Of a DNA stretch of 64,000 nucleotides, positions 49,396-58,424 are shown piece after piece. Position 1 is the first letter of the stretch, and every line of letters starts with the position of its first letter. The DNA is from an uncultured Bacteroides sp. (GTDB lineage Bacteria > Bacteroidota > Bacteroidia > Bacteroidales > SM23-62), in NCBI GenBank assembly GCA_964431315.1, contig CAYSJH010000020.1, positions 1,226 to 65,225 on the forward strand, read 5' to 3'. A program made the position numbers and the translations under genes. The notes beneath the pieces were generated by a model. The model worked only from the letters and a program-made list of their open reading frames with translations. It made no database searches and was not told where the DNA came from.

Positions 49396-51168
49396 ATGGG
49401 AAAAACATTTGTTGAAAAGATACTGGATGCCCCGCAGGGAGCAATTGTTTTCAGGAAACCGGACCTGGTATTATCGCATGATAATTCGGCCAGTATCCGC
49501 AAAACATTCGGGCAGATGAAGGGGGAAAAGCTGGCCGATCCCGACCAGCTGCTCATCGTCCTTGACCACAATGCTCCGCCCACCAATGCCAAACTTGCCA
49601 CGGATTATCAGGCCATCCGTGACTTTGTGAAGGAGCAGGGGGTGGAAAAATTCTACGATGCCGGGAAGGGCATCTGCCATCAGATCATGTCGTACCACGC
49701 CAGGCCGGGCATGGTGATCGTCGGATCCGACAGCCATACCTGTACAGCCGGTGCCTTCAACACCCTGGCGGCAGGTATTGACAGAACCGAAACCGCAGGG
49801 ATATGGCGAAGGGGCGAAACCTGGTTCCGGGTACCGGAGAGCATGAAGATCACACTGAGCGGGAAGCTGAGGGAAGGCGTTTACGCCAAGGACCTTTCCC
49901 TCTGGATCATCGGCCTGATCGGCTCGGATGGCGCTAACTACCGATCCATTGAGTTTCACGGGAGAGGCATTGGCTCCTTGAATATTTCCGACCGCATGAC
50001 CCTGGCCAACCTCGCTTCCGAGATGGGTGCCAAGAATGCCGTATTCCCGGCAGATGACGTACTTCGGGATTTCTACGGGAACGAGGTAACGGGCGTATGG
50101 GCAGATGATGACGCTGATTACGTGGAAGAGATCCGCATAGACATGGGGGAGGTGGTCCCCCTGGTGGCCGCACCGCATCACGTGGACAATGTCAAAACGG
50201 TCCTGGAGGTGGAGGGGACGGCGGTCCAGCAGGGACTGATCGGAACCTGCACGAACGGGCGGATTGAGGACCTCAGGGCGGCTGCTGAAATCCTTAAAGG
50301 GAAGACGGTGGCGCCCGGTTTCCAGTTGCTGGTCATACCGGCATCCCAGAAGATCTACCTGGAGGCCATGGAAGAGGGACTCATCAAGGTCTTCCTGGAA
50401 GCGGGCGCAAACGTCCTCTCTTCTTCCTGCGGTCCATGCCTGGGCACCGGCCAGGGCATCCCTGCCGATGGATTTACGGTGATTTCCACGGCGAACCGGA
50501 ACTTCAAGGGCCGCATGGGCAACATGGAGGCACAGATATACCTGGCCTCGCCTGCCACCGTGGCCGCCTCGGCCCTTGAAGGCAGGATCAGGGCCGTAAA
50601 ATCTTACCCTGAGGAAAAAGACATTGTTCATCGCAGCACGGGCGGATCCCTGACAGGGATACCGGAGGGGGAGAACCGCAGGATGAATGCCGTCTGGAAT
50701 TATGCAGATGCCGATAATCTGAATACCGACCAGATGTTCGCAGGCAACCTTACCTATAACATCCTCAGCACGGATCCCGGAGCCATCCTCCCGCACCTTT
50801 TTGAAGGTTTTGACCCGTCCTTTGCGCAAAATGTCCGCGAAGGGGATGTGATCGTTGCGGGGGAGAATTTCGGCTGCGGGAGTTCGCGCGAGCATCCTGC
50901 AGTGGGACTGGCATATGCCGGCGTCAGGGCAGTGATAGTGAAGTCCGTTAACCGGATTTTTTTCCGTTCCTGCATCAACCAGGGACTTCCCCTGATCCTT
51001 CAGAGAGAAGTTGTATCAGCATACCATCCGGGTGACCGGGTCTCGGTAGATCTCATTTCAGGGTGCATCAACCTGAATGACAAAGGATATGCTTTTGTCC
51101 CGCTTCCCGATAAACTTATGCGGATCATCGTAAACAGGGGATTGGTGAACTGGATCAGGGAATCCTGA
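49396..51168 (+). CDS. aconitase-family dehydratase, fused large and small subunits, paralog 2
   Basis: GSDSHTCTAGAF, GTCTNGRIED and SCGPCLG, then the small-subunit motif AGENFGCGSSREHPA. Confidence 0.8.
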   Translation: MGKTFVEKILDAPQGAIVFRKPDLVLSHDNSASIRKTFGQMKGEKLADPDQLLIVLDHNAPPTNAKLATDYQAIRDFVKEQGVEKFYDAGKGICHQIMSYHARPGMVIVGSDSHTCTAGAFNTLAAGIDRTETAGIWRRGETWFRVPESMKITLSGKLREGVYAKDLSLWIIGLIGSDGANYRSIEFHGRGIGSLNISDRMTLANLASEMGAKNAVFPADDVLRDFYGNEVTGVWADDDADYVEEIRIDMGEVVPLVAAPHHVDNVKTVLEVEGTAVQQGLIGTCTNGRIEDLRAAAEILKGKTVAPGFQLLVIPASQKIYLEAMEEGLIKVFLEAGANVLSSSCGPCLGTGQGIPADGFTVISTANRNFKGRMGNMEAQIYLASPATVAASALEGRIRAVKSYPEEKDIVHRSTGGSLTGIPEGENRRMNAVWNYADADNLNTDQMFAGNLTYNILSTDPGAILPHLFEGFDPSFAQNVREGDVIVAGENFGCGSSREHPAVGLAYAGVRAVIVKSVNRIFFRSCINQGLPLILQREVVSAYHPGDRVSVDLISGCINLNDKGYAFVPLPDKLMRIIVNRGLVNWIRES

Positions 51169-51191
51169 AAACGGTAATAAAAAGATATTCT

Positions 51192-52214
51192 ATGGATCAG
51201 CAAAAAAGGATCTGCGTTGTCGGGGCCGGCGCCATCGGGGGTGTGGTGGCTGGAGTGCTGGCCCGGGAGAAGTACGATATCCGGCTTGTCACCAAGTACC
51301 CGGAACTTGCCGAAAGGATCAGTAATGACGGAATCCATGTCAGCGGCTATTGCGGGGATTTTTCCATACGGATCCCCAGTGTTGCCCTGCCGGAGGAACT
51401 TGAAGGGACCTTCGATTACGTACTGATCGCAACAAAGGCCGGTTCCCTGGTTCAGGCGGCGCAGGCTATGCTCCCATTTATGCACGAAGGTTCCAGGACG
51501 GTATCCATGCAGAACGGGATATGCGAGGAATTGCTTGCCGGCGTGGCAGGACCGGATCGAACTATTGGCTGTGTTGTTGGCTGGGGCGGGACAATGCATG
51601 AGTCCGGCAGGGTGGAAATGACTTCCGGCGGGGAATTCGTCCTCGGGAACTGGAGAAGGGGAACCGACCTTCCCCTGGGTGAACTTGCAGGCATTCTAAG
51701 CCACATCGTTCCGGCACGTACCAGTGAGAATATCCTTTCAGATCTCTATTCCAAGCTGATCATCAATTCCTGCATCACAACCCTCGGGGCGATCTGTGGA
51801 CTTTACCTGGGGGAAATGCTGGCAAAAAGAAAGGTGCGTGATCTCTTCATTGAAATCATCCGCGAGGCCATGGAGGTGGCCGGGGCCATGGACCTGGAAG
51901 TAGCACCCGCTGCCGGGGGCAAACTGGATTACTACCGCTTTCTCTCCGCGGGGATCCTGTCGGGATTCAGGCGGCAGCTAACCATCCGTTTTATCGGCCT
52001 GAAATACCGCAAACTGAAATCTTCAAGCCTCCAGAGCCTGGAAAGGGGAAAGAAAACGGAAGTCGATAATTATAACGGGTACATATCGGACAAGGGAAAG
52101 GAGTACGGTGTTGCGACCCCGGTGAATGATCAGCTGACACGAATGGTAATGGAGATTGAAAACGGAAAGCGGCCCATCAGTCCGGTTAATTTCAGGGAGA
52201 TCAGGATCGGCTGA
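51192..52214 (+). CDS. 2-dehydropantoate 2-reductase family (PanE/ApbA-like) oxidoreductase
   Basis: N-terminal Rossmann fold ICVVGAGAIGGVVAGVLA and ApbA-family length and layout. Confidence 0.7.
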   Translation: MDQQKRICVVGAGAIGGVVAGVLAREKYDIRLVTKYPELAERISNDGIHVSGYCGDFSIRIPSVALPEELEGTFDYVLIATKAGSLVQAAQAMLPFMHEGSRTVSMQNGICEELLAGVAGPDRTIGCVVGWGGTMHESGRVEMTSGGEFVLGNWRRGTDLPLGELAGILSHIVPARTSENILSDLYSKLIINSCITTLGAICGLYLGEMLAKRKVRDLFIEIIREAMEVAGAMDLEVAPAAGGKLDYYRFLSAGILSGFRRQLTIRFIGLKYRKLKSSSLQSLERGKKTEVDNYNGYISDKGKEYGVATPVNDQLTRMVMEIENGKRPISPVNFREIRIG

Positions 52215-52297
52215 ATCCACGGTCAGATGAAACCAGGCGGGTGAAGTTGGAACTGCCATGTAAAGGTCACGCCTGTTGCTCCTTCCCTGGATTTTTG

Positions 52298-52305
52298 TAT
52301 TTTTG
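52298..52305 (+). promoter_or_regulatory. candidate -7 promoter box TATTTTTG for tRNA-Arg
   Basis: Ends 12 nt upstream of the tRNA 5' end. Confidence 0.45.
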
Positions 52306-52317
52306 CAGGCGATTTAC

Positions 52318-52391
52318 GCCCTCGTAGCTCAGTTGGATAGAGCAACGGCCTTCTAAGCCGTAGGTCATGGGTTCGAATCCCGTCGAGGGTG
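52318..52391 (+). tRNA. tRNA-Arg (anticodon UCU)
   Basis: Hand-folded cloverleaf. Acceptor GCCCTCG/CGAGGGT (G1-U72 wobble). D arm GCTC-AGTTGGATA-GAGC. Anticodon stem ACGGC/GCCGT with loop CTTCTAA. T arm ATGGG-TTCGAAT-CCCGT. No encoded CCA. Confidence 0.9.
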
Positions 52392-52943
52392 CGCATCTGC
52401 CGCTCCGGGCTGCAACACTTTCTGCAACCGGCTGAGATCGTATCCCCGCCTTTCTGCTATTCTCAGCAGTTCACGGTAGAGTTCATCGTCCATGACCGGT
52501 TCCCTGCAAAGTATCCAGAAGTAATCCGGCGAGGAACTGCCGATCATGACCCATTGATAATTCTCCTGGTCAAGCTCCAGGATCAGGTAATCGGCATAGA
52601 AGAACAGGAAAAAGGAGACTTTCAGCCTGCCGGGTTCTGCCGGGTCCGGTATTTTGGCCTTTCCCTTTGCCTTCTTGTGCTTACCGTCAAGGGTGTAAAG
52701 GTATCCCTGGTTCATGACATCTATCATTCCATTGTCACGCAGGGTATAGGTGGCCGTAACACCAGCCAGGTTCTTTTCAAATGAATGGGGGAAGCGGGCA
52801 ATTTCGTACCAGGTTCCCATGTAACGGTTGAGGTCAACGTTCCGGACGGTTGTTTTATCGATCATGGCTTGGGGTATATTGGACTGACAATTGACGAAAA
52901 GGAAAAGTGCAACGAGCATCAGGGTAACGGCTGTCTTTTTCAT
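52365..52943 (-). CDS. blc: bacterial lipocalin (Blc-like) lipoprotein
   Basis: Lipobox LFVNC and the lipocalin signature YMGTWYEIARFP. The 3' end runs 27 nt into the tRNA-Arg gene on the opposite strand. ATG 52943 is preferred over 52967. Confidence 0.8.
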   Translation of the reverse strand: MKKTAVTLMLVALFLFVNCQSNIPQAMIDKTTVRNVDLNRYMGTWYEIARFPHSFEKNLAGVTATYTLRDNGMIDVMNQGYLYTLDGKHKKAKGKAKIPDPAEPGRLKVSFFLFFYADYLILELDQENYQWVMIGSSSPDYFWILCREPVMDDELYRELLRIAERRGYDLSRLQKVLQPGAADAHPRRDSNP

Positions 52944-53147
52944 GCGCTTGGTATTTATTTGATACACTTATCGTTTGTTTCATTCGATTACGATTTATGT
53001 TCCAGGTCGTTTTTTTCGCCTGCCAATCCAGGCAATGAACTGCCATATCAGGATGCCGGCCAGCCCTGTTTCGTCAGTTATATTTTTACAAAATTTACGA
53101 ATAATCCGATTTAAACCCTAAATTTAAAAGGCAATATTGCATGTGCC

Positions 53148-54566
53148 ATGATCGATTCCGGGGAATTCAGAAAATATGCCCATGAGTTTGCCGACTGGAT
53201 GGCGGACTATCTCGAAACGGTGGAAAACCTGCCGGTCAAGTCCCAGGTCAGTCCCGGTGAAATATTTGCCCGCATCCCCGACCAGCCCCCTGAAGAGGCG
53301 GAATCCATGAGCCTCATTTTTGAAGATTTCAGGAAGATCATACTGCCGGGGATGACCCACTGGCAGAGTCCCAATTACTTTGCCTATTTCACGGCCAATT
53401 CCAGCTATCCCTCCGTACTGGCCGAGATGCTGACCTCAACCCTGGCCGCCCAGTGCATGGTATGGGAGACCTCACCGGCCGCAGCAGAGCTGGAAGAGAA
53501 GGTCATGAACTGGCTCAGGGACATGATCGGCCTGCCGGGAACCTTTGAAGGTGTGATACAGGACACGGCATCCACCGCCACCCTGGTTGCACTTCTTACG
53601 GCCCGGGAGAAAGCCTCGGGATTCAAGATCAATGAAGAGGGATTCACGGGCGAACAGCGTTACCGGGTTTATTGCAGCACCGAGGCGCATTCCTCGATCG
53701 AGAAAGCGGTCCGGATGGCAGGATTCGGAAGGAAGAACCTGGTCAAGGTGGAAGTGGATGAAACGTTGGCCGTTCGTCCTGACAGCCTGCTCGAGGCTGT
53801 GGAGAAGGATCTCGGGGCGGGTTACATTCCTCTTTGCGTGGTAGCTGCCCTGGGCACTACCGGAACGGCAGCCATCGATCCGCTTGAACCCCTCGCAGGG
53901 ATCTGCAGCAAATACGGGATCTGGCTGCACGTGGATGCCGCCTATGCCGGGACCGCCCTGGTCCTGCCCGAACAGAGACGGATGATCCGGGGAATTGAGG
54001 GAGTGGACAGTTTCGTGTTCAATCCCCATAAATGGATGTTCACCAATTTTGATTGCTCGGCCTATTATGTCAAAGATCCTGCCCCCCTGATACGGACCTT
54101 CGAGATCCTTCCCGAATACCTGAAGACCGGGACCAGGGGCAGGGTGAATGAGTACCGGGACTGGGGGATACAGCTGGGCAGGAGGTTCAGGGCCCTGAAG
54201 CTCTGGTTTGTGATCAGGGATTACGGAGTGGAAGGGATCCGCCGGAAGATCCGGGATCACCTGGCATGGGCTGCCGAGCTGGCCGAAGAGATAAGAAGCA
54301 CCGGAGATTTCGAACTGTTTGAACCGCAGAACCTGGGACTGGTGTGTTTCCGCTACAGTCCACCCGGGGAAGCCAACCGGGATAAACTGAACGAAGTGAA
54401 TGATAAATTGATGCGCCGCCTGAATGCGACCGGGAAAATATACCTTACCCATACCAGGGTGAATGGACTGATCACCCTGAGGATGGTTGTGGGCCAGACC
54501 AATGTGACAAGAGCTCATGTTCAGAATGCCTGGAAGCTTATAAGGGAAACCGCAAAGAATTTATAA
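53148..54566 (+). CDS. PLP-dependent group II decarboxylase (aromatic-L-amino-acid / tyrosine decarboxylase-like)
   Basis: Full-length DDC-like sequence (HWQSPNYFAYF, and the PLP-lysine motif FNPHKWMF). Confidence 0.85.
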   Translation: MIDSGEFRKYAHEFADWMADYLETVENLPVKSQVSPGEIFARIPDQPPEEAESMSLIFEDFRKIILPGMTHWQSPNYFAYFTANSSYPSVLAEMLTSTLAAQCMVWETSPAAAELEEKVMNWLRDMIGLPGTFEGVIQDTASTATLVALLTAREKASGFKINEEGFTGEQRYRVYCSTEAHSSIEKAVRMAGFGRKNLVKVEVDETLAVRPDSLLEAVEKDLGAGYIPLCVVAALGTTGTAAIDPLEPLAGICSKYGIWLHVDAAYAGTALVLPEQRRMIRGIEGVDSFVFNPHKWMFTNFDCSAYYVKDPAPLIRTFEILPEYLKTGTRGRVNEYRDWGIQLGRRFRALKLWFVIRDYGVEGIRRKIRDHLAWAAELAEEIRSTGDFELFEPQNLGLVCFRYSPPGEANRDKLNEVNDKLMRRLNATGKIYLTHTRVNGLITLRMVVGQTNVTRAHVQNAWKLIRETAKNL

Positions 54567-54596
54567 CAGGAAACCTGCCGAAAAAGTGCCGGCTCT

Positions 54597-55364
54597 ATGA
54601 ATGAACGATGGACACTCGAAGGTAAAACGGCCCTTGTGACCGGGGGTACAAAGGGAATGGGGCGTGCTATTACCGAATCCCTGGCTTCATGGGGAGCAGA
54701 GGTGGTTTTTGCTGCCCGCAGTGAAGATGAGGTCAGGCAGACGCAAAACGAACTGGAATCCCGTGGCTGGAATGTGCGGGGATACAGGGCAGATGTGAGC
54801 ATTCAAAAGGACAGGAACATGCTCGTCCGTATCCTGCAGGACCTCTTCCCACGGCTTGATATACTGATAAATAACGTCGGCACGAACATACGCAACAAGA
54901 TCCAGGATTATTCGGATGATCAGGTCCATCACCTGATTGATACAAATTTCATTTCTGCCTTCGACCTTTCCCGGCGCTGCCTTCCCCTTTTAAAGTCCTC
55001 AGGTGCAGGGAGCGTGGTATTCAATTCTTCGGTAGCGGGACTGAACCATATCCGTACCGGGTCCCTGTACGGGTCCACCAAGGCTGCCCTTATCCAGCTC
55101 ACCAAAAACCTGGCAGTGGAATGGGCTGAATACGGCATCCGGGTGAACGCCGTCGCTCCCTGGTACATAAGAACCCCACTGGTTAATCACCTGCTCGAGG
55201 ATAAGAAATTCCTGCAGGATGTTCTGGATCATACGCCCATGAAAAGGGTAGGGGAAGCCCATGAGGTCGCAGACCTCGTGACTTTCCTCTGCATGCCCGC
55301 TGCCTCTTACATCACAGGGCAGTGGGTGGCGGTCGACGGAGGAATGACGGTTAATATGTTTTAA
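54597..55364 (+). CDS. SDR-family oxidoreductase (tropinone-reductase-like)
   Basis: [15 protein letters not shown] cofactor motif, NNVG, and the YxxxK catalytic motif (YGSTKAA). Confidence 0.85.
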   Translation: MNERWTLEGKTALVTGGTKGMGRAITESLASWGAEVVFAARSEDEVRQTQNELESRGWNVRGYRADVSIQKDRNMLVRILQDLFPRLDILINNVGTNIRNKIQDYSDDQVHHLIDTNFISAFDLSRRCLPLLKSSGAGSVVFNSSVAGLNHIRTGSLYGSTKAALIQLTKNLAVEWAEYGIRVNAVAPWYIRTPLVNHLLEDKKFLQDVLDHTPMKRVGEAHEVADLVTFLCMPAASYITGQWVAVDGGMTVNMF

Positions 55365-55366
55365 TT

Positions 55367-56062
55367 ATGGACTATTCAAAGATTAAGCTCTTAAGCTTCG
55401 ATTGTTACGGAACGCTCATCGACTGGCGCAAAAGCTTGCTGGATATCCTTGAACCTTTCTTCAGGGATCTTCATGTCTCGTTTAGCAGGGATGAACTTTT
55501 CACTGCGTTCCTGGAAGCCGATCGCAGGCTGACCGGCGCGGCCTTCATGCCGTACAGGGAGATACTCGCGGAAATCATTCAACATATGGCCAATGCTGCG
55601 AAAGTTACCATCCCGCTTAAAAGCAGGTACATCCTTTCCGAAAAATTTGACCAATGGCTTCCCTTTCCGGATACGGTTGAAAGCCTGCGAATCCTGAAGA
55701 ACCATTACAAGCTGGCTATTATCTCAAATGTTGACGATGACCTCTTTGCCATAAGCAATAAATTGCTCGGGGTTGATTTTGATTTCATCGTGACGGCAAA
55801 GCAGGTGGGATCCTATAAGCCTTCGCATGAAAACTTCATCATGGCGCAGGAAAAGTTCGGGCTGGATCTGGAAGAAATATTGCACGTTGCCCAGAGCATT
55901 TTTCATGACATCAGGCCAGGCAATAAACTGGGCTGGAACAATGTCTGGGTAAATCGTTACCACGAGGCGGAACTGACCGACCCGGCGGAGTTCCCCGACC
56001 TGGAGGTGCCGGACCTGGCCAGCCTGGTGAAAATCCTTAAGATCGAAGCCGAAAAATCCTGA
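55367..56062 (+). CDS. HAD-superfamily hydrolase, haloacid dehalogenase type II-like
   Basis: Motif I FDCYGTLID, and motifs SNVD, KQVGSYKP. Starts 2 nt after the SDR stop. Confidence 0.75.
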   Translation: MDYSKIKLLSFDCYGTLIDWRKSLLDILEPFFRDLHVSFSRDELFTAFLEADRRLTGAAFMPYREILAEIIQHMANAAKVTIPLKSRYILSEKFDQWLPFPDTVESLRILKNHYKLAIISNVDDDLFAISNKLLGVDFDFIVTAKQVGSYKPSHENFIMAQEKFGLDLEEILHVAQSIFHDIRPGNKLGWNNVWVNRYHEAELTDPAEFPDLEVPDLASLVKILKIEAEKS

Positions 56063-56393
56063 GTGCACCTTTCCGGGACGGTACCCTGAAAGAAACTAGC
56101 CCTCCAGGCTTTCCAGGTCGGGAACTCTCGCAGAGATTTTCTCAGCGAATTGTTCTGACGGATCCATCCGACGGTTATTATTAAAGCCTATCTCAAATAT
56201 TATCCGGGACCATCTCTGGTACTTAATGTCATCTAATACTAAATATCGAAGAATGTTCAAAGAATTTTCCATATCCTTATATCCATTCCCTGAAGGAAAT
56301 GGTTTTACGGATATGATTGATGAAATAATGAAAATAAATCATATGTTTATCGGGGAATACGATCTTTATTAACGAAAGATCTTTATCCCGGAT

Positions 56394-58253
56394 ATGAAGC
56401 GCATAGAGTTACTTGCCGCAATGGTACTCTCGTTTGTGAACATCCCTGCCCAGGATGGTAGCGGTAATTCCTCCATCCTGACGGATACCTCCGGCAGCAA
56501 ACACCCCTGGAACCACCTGAGGACCAACAGCTCACCCGGGAATTTCCAGTTTGCCATAGTGGCTGACCGCACCGGAGGCCACCGTCCCGGGATATTCGAG
56601 GATGCCGTTCGCAAACTGAACCTGCTCCAGCCAGAATTCGTGGTAAGTATGGGAGATCTGATCGAAGGCTATACCCGTGAAAGTGAAATGATCAACCGGG
56701 AATGGGACGAGTTCAACGGGATCATCGGGCAGCTTGAAATGCCATTCTTTTACCTTCCGGGGAACCATGATTATACAAATGATGTAATGGCGGGTATCTG
56801 GAAGGAAAGATATGGACCATCATACTATCATTTTCTGTACAGGGATGTCCTGTTCCTGTTCCTGAATTCAGAAGAGGCCATGAAAGGTTCCGGCCTGGGA
56901 GGCATTGAGCAGGCCCAGTACCTGTACGTGAAAAACGTCCTGGAAGAGTACAGGGATGCACGATGGACCCTGGTTTTCATGCATCAACCGCTCTGGCTGC
57001 TCGATTCTGCAGGCTACTGGAAGGATATCGAGTCTTTGCTGGGGGACCGGAAACACACGGTATTTGCAGGGCATAATCACCGTTACGTAAAATATGAGCG
57101 GGACAGCAGTAATTACTTCATGCTGGCAACAACCGGGGGGATCAGCAAGCTCAGGGGACCCAATTTCGGGGAATTTGACCAGTTGGTATGGATTACTATG
57201 ACCGGGGAGGGACCGGTAATCGCCAATCTCATCCTGGCAGGGATATGGGATGAGAATGTGGTGACCGAGGAGTTGTCCCGGATGATCGGTTCAGAAAGGA
57301 TACAGATTGAACCCCTTTTCGTTGATGATGGATTCCGGGAAGGGAAATTCAGGATAAAGATCAGCAACGATGCAAATTACTCCATGTGGACCGTACTCAG
57401 GTTCGGTGAAAGCCAGTACCTGAGCCCGGAAATCCTTGAATATCAGAAAACCGTTCCTCCGAATTCCGAGGCGATGCTGGATATTCCCGTACATGAACGC
57501 CCGGTGACCAGCCTTCGGTACATCGAGCCCATTCCCCTGTACGTCTGGTATATATATAAGTATGAAGGTGGAAGGGAAATAAAACTGGATCAGCAGTTCG
57601 GCCTTGCTCCTGTACGGAAGAATTATCTGAATAAGTCGGAAGTTCCCATCACAGTGGATGGCGACCCGGGGGAATGGACCGGGTTGCCCCACCGGGCGGG
57701 ACTGGAATCGGTCATTACCGAAGGACGGGACAATTACCTGGGAGACTACGATGCCCATTTCGATTTCAATCTCACCTTCGATGATGATAACCTGTATCTT
57801 GCGATGGCCGTGTGGGACGACGAACTGGAACTTGACCGGCAGGCGTCCCTCTGGTCACAGGATGCGGTCCTGATCAACCTGGATCCCAGGCCCGTCCTGA
57901 TCAGCTCCAATGATCATTCGGATAACCGGTACCGTAACAATTATTTCTACCTCAATTGTGCCCCTTCCCTTGCCAGGAACCAGTCCCCCCTGATCGAACA
58001 GGAGGAACTGCTGCCTGAAGGCACACGGATTGCAACTCGGAAATCAGTCGAGGGATTTACCCTGGAGCTCTCCATTCCCCTGGATTACATTCGCCAGCTG
58101 GGGGGAGGGGACTGGAGCACTGTCCGGCTGAACATTGCCTATTTCGACCGCGATGGCAAGGACCCCAGGTCCGCCATCTGGTGGAAACCCAACTGGTCCT
58201 CAGACGAAAACTACATCGGTTCCGGCATGTTCTTCAGGACGCGGGGGGAGTAA
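56394..58253 (+). CDS. secreted calcineurin-like metallophosphoesterase with C-terminal carbohydrate-binding-like domain
   Basis: Metallophosphoesterase motifs (ADRTGG, MGDLIEG, GNHDY, GHNHRY). The C-terminal ~200 aa resemble a CBM9-like module. Confidence 0.7.
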   Translation: MKRIELLAAMVLSFVNIPAQDGSGNSSILTDTSGSKHPWNHLRTNSSPGNFQFAIVADRTGGHRPGIFEDAVRKLNLLQPEFVVSMGDLIEGYTRESEMINREWDEFNGIIGQLEMPFFYLPGNHDYTNDVMAGIWKERYGPSYYHFLYRDVLFLFLNSEEAMKGSGLGGIEQAQYLYVKNVLEEYRDARWTLVFMHQPLWLLDSAGYWKDIESLLGDRKHTVFAGHNHRYVKYERDSSNYFMLATTGGISKLRGPNFGEFDQLVWITMTGEGPVIANLILAGIWDENVVTEELSRMIGSERIQIEPLFVDDGFREGKFRIKISNDANYSMWTVLRFGESQYLSPEILEYQKTVPPNSEAMLDIPVHERPVTSLRYIEPIPLYVWYIYKYEGGREIKLDQQFGLAPVRKNYLNKSEVPITVDGDPGEWTGLPHRAGLESVITEGRDNYLGDYDAHFDFNLTFDDDNLYLAMAVWDDELELDRQASLWSQDAVLINLDPRPVLISSNDHSDNRYRNNYFYLNCAPSLARNQSPLIEQEELLPEGTRIATRKSVEGFTLELSIPLDYIRQLGGGDWSTVRLNIAYFDRDGKDPRSAIWWKPNWSSDENYIGSGMFFRTRGE

Positions 58254-58359
58254 CAGAAGGGAACTTAATCGATTCCGTAATGTTCTTCAGGCCCCGGAAG
58301 GATTGACAGACGGGCATTGCATCGGTTCCGGAATGACATTCAAAATCTGCAGGGAGTAA
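58211..58359. repeat. degenerate ~54-bp triplication of the metallophosphoesterase gene 3' end, each copy ending in a stop codon
   Basis: The atcggttccggcatgttcttcagg... core occurs at 58214 (in-gene), 58268 and 58321. The copies end in TAA 58251-58253, TGA and TAA 58357-58359. Confidence 0.7.
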
Positions 58360-58424
58360 TATTCCGGGAATTATTTTTAATTTTGATTGATTTTAATTTA
58401 ATCTGAATAAACAGATCCGAGATC

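Noticed and set aside
49471-50895. 474-aa minus-strand ORF antisense to aconitase paralog 2. The same phenomenon occurs at 53472-54518 (antisense to the decarboxylase), 8721-9686 (antisense to aprA), 4208-4984 (antisense to qmoC/qmoB), 12709-13365 (antisense to murU), 23313-24050 and 24168-24728 (antisense to the addA-like gene), and 45403-46041 (antisense to the MBL gene).
   Set aside because: All are antisense shadows of genes with strong family motifs. The translations are Arg/Pro/Gly-rich with no recognisable domains. In GC-rich DNA such long open antisense frames are expected.
52215-52400. tRNA-Arg as an integration site for a mobile element or genomic island
   Set aside because: There is no integrase, no direct repeat of the tRNA 3' end, and no compositional break in the flanking genes within the window. 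Only the lipocalin overlap is unusual.
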